Assembly: GCF_006345805.1 (NCBI RefSeq) | Contig: NC_042999.1 | Coordinates: 126,232,001 to 126,296,000, forward strand | Direction of reading: 5' to 3' | Source: Octopus sinensis | Taxonomy: Eukaryota | Length of the DNA stretch: 64,000 nucleotides | Shown: positions 39,419 through 54,085 of the stretch, piece after piece | How positions within the stretch are numbered: position 1 is the stretch's first letter | How the letters are laid out: each line of letters opens with the position of its first letter | Notes under the pieces: model-generated | The model's input: the letters and a program-made list of their open reading frames with translations, nothing else | What the model was told of the DNA's origin: nothing | Database searches by the model: none | Made by a program: the position numbers and the translations under genes

Positions 39419-40149
39419 TCTACACTACTCTAATGGTATACGAGGCATTGACACAGCTGACTTTCCACATCCTTCCTGGCCAGACTGGAATATAGCATCA
39501 GTAAAGTGCCAAAACTTGGGTACCTCTTTGGTGTTCGATTAGTATCTTCGATAACACCTATGCTAGTAGATGTAACTAGCTTCAGCAAGAACAATAATGA
39601 AATTATATTCACACACTCAAACACACATATAAATACATACATCTATATGTATATCCCTGTTAGGGGAGATTCTACCCGATCAGGCGTCCGATTAGAAATA
39701 GTAGTTAGCTCCCCAAATTCCTTCTAAACACACATTAGCTTCTTACAGAAATATATATATATACTGGACTGATACATAGAAGGATAGGAGTGCCACGTCT
39801 AAAATACATTCGGTCATAAAATAGTTCGAGAGAGCCGACCTGGATTTAAACGACATCATACACACACGCTTATACATACATATCCGGTGAAATATTAAGT
39901 CGTATCATCTCATATTCTCTTATTTTTATATACCAAGATAGGTAAAAATAACATTTTCTCCCAGTTACTTGCGTGATGGGACTATTACTGGATTCTTTCA
40001 ACTTTCTTGAACAGAGTTATCCATTAATGTGTGATAAAGTTCTGTTGACCTCTATGAAGTGAGACTCCGAGTCGATACCGACATGTTTTTTCGAATTCTG
40101 GATATTTTGAAGCAAAATAGCTGCAACCAGTAAATGAAGTGTTATAAAT

Positions 40150-40610
40150 ACTGATTTCAAATGTTAGCACAGTGTTAGCAATTTCGAGGGAGGAGGTAAG
40201 TCGATTGCCTCGACCCTAGTATCCAATAGGTACTTATTTTATTGACCCCATTAGGATTAAAGGTGAAGTCGACCTCAGCGGAATTTGAACTCAAAACGTA
40301 AAGACGTATGAAATGCAACTGTTTTGCCTGATGTGCTAATTATTCTGCCGCGTCTCCACCTTAAGTGTTATAAATATTTATTTCTTTATTGCCCACAGGG
40401 GGCTAAACACAGAGAGGACAAGCAAGGACAGACAAAAGGATCAAGTCGATTAGATCGACCCCAGTGCGTAACTGGTACTTATTTAATCAACCCCGAAAGG
40501 ATGAAAGCAAGGACGACCTCGGCGGAATTTGACCTCAGAACGTAACGGCAGACGAAATATCGCTAAGCATTTCACCCAGCGTGCTTACGATTCTGCCACC
40601 TCGCGGCCTT
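40150..40610 (-). mobile_element. Two SINE family A copies
   Basis: gacctcagcggaatttgaactca and gacctcggcggaatttgacctcagaacg cores. Confidence 0.85.
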
Positions 40611-41048
40611 ACAAGGGTTATAAATATTGACGAGGCGCTGATTGAGAGGCGTTGAATTTGTTCGCCGTTGGATTATCTACCTCCTGCTCTAGCACTCACG
40701 TGAAATGATAGTTAAAAAGAAAACCAAAAAAATTAAGCTGTGTGATAAATAGAATTTATAATTATTTTCTTATTGAGATATGTGAAACAGCCAAAGCAGG
40801 AATCGAAACTATTTGCAAAAGCCCCTGTCTTTTCCTCACCTCCCGTCTAGTGAGATTTATGCGGCTGAGACCCAGCCTGAAACATCTGCTAGAAAAAAAA
40901 CGTGGATGGAGTCAAACACCTAGGGTAACTGGCATGATTAGTTGCAACAAAATGAAAACACCGCTAAATCTACTTAAGATTCAGTTTGTAAAGTTTATCA
41001 ACGCCAATGTTAAAACCGCTGATGCAAATTTTTTTTTTATATATATAT

Positions 41049-41452
41049 AGGCGCAGAGTGGCTGTGTGGTAAGTAACTTGTTTACCAACCACATGGTTCC
41101 GGGTTCAGTCCCATTGCGTGGCGCCTTGGGCAAGTGTCTTCTCCTATAGCCTCGGGCCGACCAAAGCCTTGTGAGTGGATTTGGTAGACGGAAACTGAAA
41201 GAGGCCCGTCGTATATATATATATGTGCGCGTGTGTTTGTGTGTCTGTGTTTGTCTCATCCGACATCGCTTGACAACCGATGCTGGTGTGTTTATGTCCC
41301 CGTCACTTAGCGATTCGGCAAAAGAGACCGATAGAATAAGTACTGGGCTTACAAAGAATAAGTTCCGGGGCCAAGTTGCTCGATTAAAGGCGGTGCTCCA
41401 GCATGGCCGCAGTCAAATGACTGAAACAAATAAAAGAGTAAAAGAGTAAAAG
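41049..41452 (+). mobile_element. Full-length SINE family B copy
   Basis: aggcgcagagtggctgtgtggtaag...gggttcagtccc...ccttgggcaagtgtc...cagcatggccgcagtcaaatgactgaaaca.(taaaagag)n tail. Confidence 0.9.
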
Positions 41453-41458
41453 AATATA

Positions 41459-41956
41459 CTAGCTGAGATACCCAGCGTTGCCCGGTTACATTCAAATGAA
41501 GAATTAGACGTTTCTGTTATATTTGGAATATCTATGTTTCGAATTTCATCAAAATTGCAGATGAGGGTTATTTCCCTCTTTATAGATCCTAAAAAATTTG
41601 TAATCGTGCCACATGTATCCCATACTACTGATTTTTATGCGCGTATTCCAAAATTCCAGTGGGCATTTAATTTCAACCAGAGAAGTTGAATTGTTGAAAG
41701 TCTTTTTAACTTGGGTCTTATATCTATTGTTTGAATTTCTTTGAAATAGGAAATATATGTTCACTGAGTTTGTAAAAGAGAGCAAAGCTACAGGAAACCA
41801 AAAGACGAATGATCACAATAAGCAGTCAGTTACCCACCCTAGTCGTTACTTGAAGTACCGGTTCAAGAACTATGTTATATATGTGTGTGTGTGTGTGTGT
41901 GTATACATATATGTGTATATATGTATACACACACATACACAAACACACGCGCACAC

Positions 41957-42018
<62 letters not shown>

Positions 42019-42413
42019 GATAAATTGATAGATACAACTGAGTGGGTAAACAAAAATATGAGAAACTGCATAGTGCTTTTTTATATTTTGATAAGCCTGG
42101 TACTTATTCTATCAGTTTCTTCTTGTGAAACCAGTAAGTTATGGGGATGTAAATAAACGAACACCAGTTGTGATGCAGTGATGAGGGAGAAACACAAAGA
42201 CACACACATAGACTTACTCTTTTACTTGTTTCAGTCATTTGACTGTGGCCATGCTGGAGCACCGCCTTTAGTCGAGCAAATTGACCGCAGGACTTATTCT
42301 TTATAAGCCTAGTACTTATTCTATCGGTCTCTTTTGCCGAACCGCTAAGTTACGGGGACGTAACACCAGCATCGGTTGGGAGGACAAACACAGATACACA
42401 AACATATATACAC

Positions 42414-42450
<37 letters not shown>

Positions 42451-42478
42451 ACACACACACCACACACACACACACACA

Positions 42479-42522
<44 letters not shown>

Positions 42523-42887
42523 CGGGTTTCTTTTAGTTTCCGTCTGCCAAATTCACTCACACAGCTTTGGTCGGCCCGAAACTGTAGTAGAAGACACTTG
42601 CCCAAGGTGCTACGCAGTGGGACTGAAACAGAAACGATGTGGTTAGTAAGCAAGCTACTTACCACACAGCCACTCCTACGCCTACAGCCACTCCTACTTA
42701 CATATATTCATACATATACATACAATTGATTCCTTTCAGTTCTGTCTACAAAATCCACTGACAAGGCTTTGGTTGGTCTGAGGCTATAGCAGAAGACACA
42801 TGCCAAGTTACCACACAGTGGGACTGAACTGAGGACCATGTGTTTTGGAACCAAGTTTGTTACCACACAGCCACACCTGCACCTATG

Positions 42888-42957
<70 letters not shown>

Positions 42958-43120
42958 TGTGTGGGGTGTATATATGTATGCATGTATATATATGTGTACA
43001 TATTACATGTACATCTATATATACATCTAGACATACATGTTTGTATATACATGTATATCTATAGAAATACATCTATACATATGCATGTATACATATACAG
43101 CTATACGTATACATGTATGC

Positions 43121-43160
<40 letters not shown>

Positions 43161-43548
43161 CGGGTTTCTTTTAGTTTCCGTCTGCCAAATTCACTCACAC
43201 AGCTTTGGTCGGCCCGAAACTGTAGTAGAAGACACTTGCCCAAGGTGCTACGCAGTGGGACTGAAACAGAAACGATGTGGTTAGTAAGCAAGCTACTTAC
43301 CACACAGCCACTCCTACGCCTACAGCCACTCCTACTTACATATATTCATACATATACATACAATTGATTCCTTTCAGTTTCTGTCTACAAAATCCACTGA
43401 CAAGGCTTTGGTTGGTCTGAGGCTATAGCAGAAGACACATGCCAAGTTACCACACAGTGGGACTGAACTGAGGACCATGTGTTTTGGAACCAAGTTTGTT
43501 ACCACACAGCCACACCTGCACCTATGTATATATATATATATATATGTG

Positions 43549-43595
<47 letters not shown>

Positions 43596-43780
43596 TGTGT
43601 GGGGTGTATATATGTATGCATGTATATATATGTGTACATATTACATGTACATCTATATATACATCTAGACATACATGTTTGTATATACATGTATATCTAT
43701 AGAAATACATCTATACATATGCATGTATACATATACAGCTATACGTATACATGTATGCATATACATATATATATATACAA

Positions 43781-43841
<61 letters not shown>

Positions 43842-44081
43842 CATATACATACAATAGAGAGATGCTTTTGTTTCACTTTTAACACGTAATACTGAAATAA
43901 TGGAGATGTGATATTGCTGTGGGCTCGCCCTAGGCAAGAAGTTAAACATTTTTTTGCCCATGACACTACATGGACCCTAAGTAAAGCATGTGTAAAATTT
44001 GAATGAAATTGGTTGTGTAGTTTTCAAGTTTTAGGGATTCACACAGACAGACAGACAGACAGACTGACAGACACATTCTCA

Positions 44082-44121
<40 letters not shown>
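41459..44121 (-). mobile_element. Second non-autonomous Helitron (3' end at 41459, 5' end at 44121), interrupted by SINE B copies and a tandem duplication
   Basis: 3' CTAG|T with CCGG-GCAACG-CTGG hairpin at 41471-41485; A|TC plus (AT)n plus (CTGT)n 5' module at 43960-44121; that both ends belong to one insertion is inferred. Confidence 0.55.
42500..43780. repeat. Tandem duplication, period ~638-639 bp, containing two SINE B heads per unit
   Basis: gacgggtttc at 42521 and 43159; twin ORFs at 42840 and 43479; units differ by a 1-bp T indel (cagttctg vs cagtttctg) and microsatellite length. Confidence 0.95.
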
Positions 44122-44789
44122 TGAGATATTAGTTTAATAGAAAAAGTCAATTACTTGACTAAGTGCAAAGGAGTGGAAGTAGAGAAGGTCATGCCTTTTT
44201 CAAAAGCAACATGAATTATTCATATAATCAGGAGATTAAATAATTAAAACAATTAAATCGAAACTGGATTGCAAGCTTGTTCCTGCAGGAAATTTCCTTA
44301 TGATGTCACAAACCAAAACACGGACAGGTTAACGAACGCAGGAAACAAAACACACAAAGGGCATATACATGTACACATTGAAACAGAAATACAGGGTAAC
44401 ATACATCTTTACCTGTACACTTATACAGTTACATTCACACATGCATCTACAACGATTTGCACACACACACACACATAAATGAATACAAGCTTTAAGCTAC
44501 TGGTGCAAATACTCAAACAACCGGTACAACAACATAAGCACACAAACACTAGATAACCATTTTGTTGCACATATAAACAAATACATAACCACATAACTAC
44601 TTAGATGCACGTGACGCAAATAACTGATGTATCAAAACTTTAGGGTAAAACTCCGCGCACGCATACAGACACACATGCGTGGCGCGCATATTTCCCTATG
44701 CATAAACACAAGCATTCACACACCAATACATCAACATTCGCACACACACATTCAACTTAATCAATTTATAGACAAAGTCTCTGAATCGG

Positions 44790-45285
44790 TGCAGTCGTTA
44801 GAGTGTCAGACAAAATGTTCTGAGTTCAAACTACGCCGAGGTCGTCTCTGCTTTTCCGCCTTCTGGTGTCAAGAAAACAAAGTATTGGCAGAATTACTTC
44901 AGCGTCTAAGGCGGCGAGCTGGCAGAATCGTTAGCACACTGGGCGAAATGCTTAGCGGTATTTCGTCTGAGTTCAAATTCCGCCGAGGTCGACTTTGCCT
45001 TTCATCCTTTCGGGGTCGATTAAATAAGTACCAGTTACGCACTGGGGTCGATGTAATCGACTTAATCCTTTTGTCTGTCCTTGTTTGTCCCCTCTATATT
45101 TAGCCCCTTGTGGGTAATAAAGAAACAGGTATTTCGTCTGAGTTCAAATTCCGCCGAGGTCGACTTTGCCTTTCATCCTTTTGGGGTCGATAAATTAAGT
45201 ACCAGTTGCGTACTGGGTTCGATCTAATCGACTGGCCCCCTCCCTCAAAATTTCAGGCCTTCTGCCTATAGTAGAAAGGAATTAC
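44790..45285 (+). mobile_element. SINE family A fragment plus a dimeric copy (44908-45285)
   Basis: ggtatttcgtctgagttcaaattccgcc at 44957 and 45128 (period 171). Confidence 0.88.
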
Positions 45286-46041
45286 TCGAGCGTCAGACAA
45301 AATGCTTTGCGATGATCAGTTTAGCTTTTCGTCCTTTGATGAAATAATACCAAAGTACTGGAGTACAATCCCCTCCCCTCTCTCTCTCTCTCTCTCTCTC
45401 TCTACAAATTTTATGTCTTTGTAGTTCTGCCAGTCAACGCTGTGAGGGCCCAGAGAATATCTATGCTTGCTCGAAATGACACAGGGACCTAAAATGGGTA
45501 ATCTTTTTCGAAAAGCGGTTCACATGAGACATGATTCGTCATCAGGCAGAATATACTACTAAAAAAATCCAAAGTAACTTTTCGTTAGGCATGCCATTCA
45601 GAAAATCCCGAGGACTGCAGTATGCCCTTGACTGGAATAGGACATTCTGATACTAACTCATACTCAATAGTCATTTTAATGAGCAGACATAAGTATTAAC
45701 TTTGTCATATACACACACACACATACACATTGAAAGCATATACAAACAAATGCACTTACACACATAGAGACACACGCGCACACAAGCATACGCCTACGCG
45801 CGCGCGCGATCACACGCCGACATAGTAATGCTCATGTACACATATACTTAACATATAAATGCTTACACAATTACACATAAATGGAGAGACAGACAGACAG
45901 ACATGCAAATAAAACACGCAAGCACTTGATACCCATTACATGTACACACACCACCACACACACAAACACGCGGCACATACATATACACACACACATATAT
46001 AGATGCTTACGCGCATACATACATGCATACATAAATACAAG

Positions 46042-46329
46042 CAGTGGCGGACTAGGTCTAAAAATATTGGTTGCCAGGAGACTAAGGGGTTCCACCCGCA
46101 ACTATAATTGTATCATATATTTTTTTTGTCTTTTTCTTTTGTTAAAAGTATTCTTTCCAACTGTCTACAAACACAGCCAGGCTGAAATAATTAATGCATT
46201 CTTCCAGGAGCGAATAAAACATTCTCAAACTCGAGGATATGGGGCCCTGTGACCTCATATATGGATTCTAATGGCGCAGGGGCCCCACTTACCATCGGGC
46301 GAGCTGGCACCCTGGCCAGTGCGCCACTG
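46042..46329. mobile_element. hAT MITE (288 bp) with TIRs and 8-bp TSD
   Basis: Left CAGTGGCGGACT, right AGTGCGCCACTG; flanks aatacaag and tatacaag (7/8 match). Confidence 0.85.
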
Positions 46330-46504
46330 TATACAAGTATGCAAGGATGCATGCAAGATGACCACAAACCCCGAGAGCGGATTTGACTTAAAACAAGAGT
46401 TTCGCCACTTCGATAGTGACCAGCTTCGATTCTGCAAATGACAAAAACTTAAATCCCAAAGTAATACACATGAGCACATGCGCGCATGCATACACACACA
46501 CACA

Positions 46505-46564
<60 letters not shown>

Positions 46565-46891
46565 AACCCTACCCCACCCCACACATGCTGAGGCATTTAT
46601 GGAACAGCAATCTCAGATACACACGAAGCAAGAGGACCTGCATGCCACTACTCAACTTATTAGAAATAGCAGCCAAATCTCATTTAAACAACTCCCTATC
46701 GTCTAACTGGGTTTTTTTTTAAAAAAAGAATGACTACATTAGATAATCTCAAGCACAATGATGAACAAATAGACGGAATGGTCACGGTTGCAATGCCTTT
46801 GGTCATATGTTCATTTCATCAGGGGCGTACTTAGCAAAACATTTACACGCACACACAAACATTTACACGCGCGCGCGCACACATACACACA

Positions 46892-46930
<39 letters not shown>

Positions 46931-47112
46931 TACATGCATACTCATGTACTGACATATACACACATACAGATCGAGTGTGCTAAATTCAACATTTATCTTT
47001 CTGTGCCGTGGATGAATTTCTCTCATTATCAACTGGATTTTTAAAGAAAATTTAAAAATTTGATCACATTCAAGAAAACAAACAAAAAATTGAAACAAGC
47101 AAATAAGCACAT

Positions 47113-47155
<43 letters not shown>

Positions 47156-47558
47156 TGTGTATGCGTGTATGCGCCTGTTATGTCCGCGCGAGCGCTGGTG
47201 TTTATGTTTATATAAAATCACAGCTAAGATTTCTTTTCTTTCTGCCGCAAATTTGTATAAAATGTGTTATATCACTCACATACACACACACACACGCGCG
47301 CGCGCGCGCGCGCGCGCTGCCTGACGTATGTGACCGCTTACGCACACACAGACTCACCATCCCCCACACACATACACACACACGCATACATCATCCACAC
47401 AAACACACGCACAAGCATACACATACATATATATCATGTGTGTGTATGTGTGTACGTATATATATATATGTATGTGTGTGTATATATATATATATATATG
47501 TACATATATATATGTGTGTGTGTGTGTGCATACATATATATATATATATTATATATAT

Positions 47559-47603
<45 letters not shown>

Positions 47604-47687
47604 AACAGATGGATCTCTGAACATACACACCCTACACATACATATATACGTACGCACACACACGCGCACATACACACACACACACAA

Positions 47688-47719
<32 letters not shown>

Positions 47720-47959
47720 ATATATATATATATAATATATATATATATGTGTGTGTGGTGTGTGTGTGTGTGTGTGTATATGTATTTATATACACACATA
47801 TATACATGCATCATGCATACACATCCACATATATATTTCACACAGAGGTACGAACATGCACGTGCTTTCAGGTTCAGCGTCATTGCATGGTACCTTGGCC
47901 GATGTTTTCTACTGTATCTCCAGGCCGATTAATGCATTCTGATACTGTGTAGAAGTCGC

Positions 47960-48665
47960 CAGTTCTTATACTGCGGCCATGCTGGAGTATTGCCTTGAAA
48001 TGCTTTGTCGGAGAAACCGATCCTGGTACTTTTTTTAAAAAAACATCGTACTCATTCTTACCGTCTCTTTTTGCTGAACCGTCAAGTTACGTGAGTGGAA
48101 ACAAACCAACATCGGTTTTCAAGCGTTTATGGAGGACAAACAGAGATACAAAGACACAAAGACTCACACAAAGGTATATACATACACACATTTAGACACA
48201 CACACACACATACATATATAAAAATCCACTTAAGTCTTTGGTCGGTCGGCTATAGAAGAAACTTGCCCAAGATACCACGCGTATATATCTGTGTGTGTGT
48301 GGGTGGGGGGCTGTATGTATGTGTGTATACCACGCGTATATAAGTCTGTGTATGTATGCGCGCATGTGTATGTGTGTATGAGTGTATGTGTGTGTTAGTA
48401 TGTGTGTACGTGTGTATGTATGTGTTAGTGTGTGTGCGTTAGTGTGCATATATGTGGCCGTCTTTGTTTTTGTCTTTGCATTGCTTGTTCTGTGTTGGTT
48501 TGTTTGCATAACTGCAACTTAACGGTCCGGCAAAAAAGAACCGATAGAACAAAGTACCAGTCTTCAAATATGCAACGGAGTCAATTCCATCGATTGAAAC
48601 CTTTCAAGGCGGTAGCCCAGCATGGCCGCAGTGCAATGTCCGATACAAGTGAAAGAAGAATTTAT
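47960..48665. mobile_element. SINE family B copies (47960-48275 minus; 48430-48665 plus 3' half)
   Basis: ctgcggccatgctggag...; cagcatggccgcagt... Confidence 0.75.
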
Positions 48666-48879
48666 AAAAGAATAAAAGAGAAAAAGTGCAAAAGTAAAAA
48701 TGTGCGCGCGCTGCAAAACAAAAAAAAATGGTCTGAACAAAGCAACAAGAAGAAAGAAATTAACTTACAGAGAGAGTGAATAGTCAAAGATGACAACGTA
48801 GCTTATATGGAAAAGCATCGGAGTTGAGCGATATGAAAAGCTACTTGTTGGTGCCAGTGATACGTATCTATAGTAGTGT

Positions 48880-49560
48880 GCTGTGGTAGAAATACTGTTT
48901 GTTATCTGTCTGTCTGTAACCGTTTAACGTCGGGAACGGAGGCAGAACCTCCATCGCCACCCAACCTCTTTCGCCACTCCGGCTTTGCTCTCTACTCACT
49001 ACACTACGCTTGCGTCTTGCTCCACGCCGCTTTTGTTCAAGCGTCACGCTACCTCTGTTCTATCTAGCGTTGCGCTGTCTCAAAGAACTCGACGTTTTCG
49101 ACGTCACTTTTTCTCCACTGAGTACGTCCACGCCAACTTCATTTCTAACCACTACGTTGCACCTAGCTCTCCACCCATAACCTCCCCCCCCCGTATCACC
49201 TCTTTGCTAACTAAAAGAAAAAGAAAAGACTAAGGCACCTCTAGCACCAACAATGACACCTGCTGCCGCCGCTGCCAACACCGCCGCCAAAATACTGCCA
49301 CAGAGCCTGTACCGTCACCACCACCACCACAAACAACCACAACAACTCTAACACCATCCCCACCACCATCACCATCACCACCATCGTCGCTAGCAGCACC
49401 AACACCACTACCGAACTTGGTTTCCAACGTCACCCTCCTATCTACTGCTACCCCGCCTCTGTCATCACTGCCTATCTACCCTCACGCCACCTATACCTCT
49501 GCCTCTACCCCGCCTTTATCAACTACCCTGTTTCTACAGCCACTATGCTTCACAATCAAG
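48880..49560. other. CpG-rich, non-repetitive then (CCA/ACC)-rich island; possible promoter or 5' UTR
   Basis: Visibly higher GC and CpG than flanks, followed by a (CT)-rich tract; no recognisable product. Confidence 0.25.
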
Positions 49561-49615
49561 GGAAAAGAAGAGAAAAAGTAACAAAAATAACATTCGCAAC
49601 GAATCATCTAGTTCT

Positions 49616-49654
<39 letters not shown>

Positions 49655-50501
49655 CTTTCTTTCTTTTGCTCTTGCTTACTTTCTCTCTCTCCTTCTTTCT
49701 CTCTTTCATGCTTTCTCCACTCTTCTCTCACTCGCTTCTTCTCTTCTTTTCTCCTTCTCTCTCTCTCTCTCTCTCCGCCACTCTTTCTCTTTTTCTTTCT
49801 CTTTCTCTTTCTCTCTTTTAATGTGTTTTATTATTTAGTTTGTGTTTTTCCAAGCTTCTGGCACCCAAAAAGTTGATTATATAGACATGTCCTGTCCTAG
49901 CTACAGATACGAAAAAAAGACAGACAGAAAGAGAGACAGATAGAGGGAGACAGATTGAAGGAGACAGAGAAAAAGAAAGACAGAGAGAAGTAGGGAGAAA
50001 GAGAGAGAAGTGGAGTTAAAATAATTTTCATATTGTATTTGGTGGTGGTGGTGGTGGTGGTGATGATGATGATGATGATGATGATGAAGATTAAATAACA
50101 ATTGTAATAATTATAAAAATAAATTCCTAATTGTTAACCACAAGGGTCCAGAACGCTAGGAAATACTACGAAGACGAATGACAAAAACAAAGAAAACATG
50201 GCGGGTTTACATCAAATAAAACGGTCGAGATCAGCAATAACAATACAGATGTTAATATATAGGTGACAATAAATAACAATAACAACATAGAACAACAAAT
50301 AGTAAGGAAAAGATCACAGACACAACCCGGTGTGTGATTCAGGACACCATATATAAAACCCGAAATACCCTGACACACCATAAGCAAGCGATCTTTCTCC
50401 CATTTGTTGCCTACAGTCTATAGCCATTTAATTTAGACCCATGTAGCCACGTCGATTTCGTCACTTTTACACATCTTCCACAAAGTTTGGTGCAAGGCAG
50501 C

Positions 50502-50546
<45 letters not shown>

Positions 50547-52849
50547 CTATCATTGTTCATGCGATTGTTGGTCCCAACCATTTTCAACTTTGTCCACATC
50601 TATTTTCTGCCCTTTCTTTGACTCTCCCCGGTCACTTTTGCTATCTTTGTCGTTTGAGGAATCAGATTCTGCAAAGCCTATGAAAGTCTCAGTTTCTTCT
50701 GAAGTGTTTCTGTTTTTGTTTTTGTTTAGTTTTTGGTGGGATGGATAGTAGCCTTTTGCCTGTCCTGTATATCACGTGATACATTAGGCTGTCGATCCAT
50801 TACTCAGCAATACTAGCCGGCATCATGAAGTTGCTGCAAGCTCACCGATTTGTCTGGCCTAACATTTAGTCTTGTTATCATCAACTCTTTTAGAATGATA
50901 TCGGTCATCCCAGTCTCTACGATGTTCAGCACCATGACAGTCACCTTGTTCATATATGCCGACGCAGTTCATCAGTGTCGCTTTCCGAACACGATTCCGT
51001 TCTACGCCTCTAGTCTCTTCATCAGTTTCTCGAGAGTCAGTACAGATGTAAGAGACTTCTTAGTTCACAGACTGCATGTGACACACTTACTGCATGTATG
51101 ATCGATACGAAATCATACAGGTCTGCGCCTTCTTGACCACACTATCAACGCGAAAACATAACTCTGCTGAGAGAGGGGAAAACTCAGAACAGATTTCCTC
51201 CTCAATTTGACTATTTGATCCAAAATTCTCCAGATGTCTTGTGAAAGTAGTAAAGGTCATGTGGCGCGCTGAACTAAAACAAATTCAAGGTAATTTTTCG
51301 TTGGGCGTGTCATTCGAAATATCCTGCAGATCGCATGCGACTACAGTTTGCCTATGACTGTTCTAAATAATTCTTTCACAAGGATATCGATAGCATAGAA
51401 GTGGATCCATAAATAGTAGTTTTTATAGTCGGTTTATATCATGTTATTCGACAGATACTGCTGATTACGGTCCGTGTCTGCATGAAGTATGTACGAAAAG
51501 ATGAAACCAGAAATTTGATCCGAACGCTTGCGACAGAATACAACATTAAAACTATCCAATGATCAGGTAATGAAATCCTTAGAATTTCTCATTAAGTAAA
51601 ATATCAGAGTTTAACTCATGCGTTGTCAATTTATGCGTGTATGCGCGTGCGTGTGTGTGTGCGTGTGCGTGTGTATAAATATTGATTCTACCTGAGAATT
51701 ATGTTAAAGGTTCACATTTGTATGTATGCAAGTATTCATGTATGTATATATGTACGTATATGTCAGTCAATCCTGGGTTTGACTATAAACTGCATCCGGG
51801 GCTCTAGTTCAGAAATTTCAGGGTTTTGAGGAGTGTGGAACCACCTCTTAGTCACTTTTGTTCCTAGATCTACTCTGACCCAGGGTCCCAGTTATGGGTG
51901 TATCAGCATATTAGGGCTTAGCTGCAAAAGCATGTGACGACTAGATTTGGCTTACTCGGTGGAAGAAATCTCGTGATTCAACTGAGAGTAAAACGAATGC
52001 AACATCGCATTGGGGCGGGGTGCAGAGAGCAAGATGAGTCAAGTAAGACAGCTTGGTCTTCCACTGCATTTGCCTCCATCCCCAGTCGTCTTGGTCTGAT
52101 CTTTCCACTGGACTAAAGATGGTCACGGACGAGAGAGCGAGGCTATTAGTGCACAACTCTTCTCTTTAAACAAAGTCACCGCGATTATCATTAGCCATCC
52201 TCCGACGATTAGATGACCCTCGTCACTTCCACGGACGAACATGACAGACATACATATGCATATGCCTGTGTGTATGTGCGCGTATATACACATATATATG
52301 AGTCTTCTTTTCAATTCATATTAGTTTTCTAAGAAATAAAGTTCTATTACTATAAGTCTAATAAGTACAAGAGTAAAAATGATACGCGTTGGAATTTATA
52401 AATGTTTTATATATTTTCACTATTCTGCTTACACTGAGTTTGCAGAATACGGCGAATTGGAGTGCTTTATTATATACCTGTAAAACCCCAATTTTTCCAG
52501 GCTATTATTTTAGACACTTAGTAACACGACCAAGTTCAACAATGATTAAGGGTACGAATGTAAATTTATAATCTGGGAAAAGAAGTTTTATGTATGTATG
52601 TATGTATGTATGTATGTATGTATGTATGTATGTATGTATGTATGTATGTACACTTGTGTGTGTGTGTGTGTGTCTGTGTCTGTGTGTGTTATGTTATGTT
52701 GTTAGGTGTGTTTTCTGTACATGTATTGTAGTGAAAAGATGATATTAACTCGACAGACAACTCGACAATTCTGGTATAACGAGGAACAAGACGTGTCACA
52801 CAATGAAAACTATAAGAATGAGAACATGAACAACAAGTGCAACATCAAC

Positions 52850-54085
<1,236 letters not shown>

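Noticed and set aside
46352-46435. Short ORF MTTNPESGFDLKQEFRHFDSDQLRFCK with faint EF-hand flavour
   Set aside because: Lacks the DxDxDG loop, has no splice context and is too short to be significant.
49234-49580. Open Pro/Thr/Ser-rich frame (mucin-like)
   Set aside because: Arises from degenerate (CCA/ACC)n repeats; no start codon or convincing splice sites.
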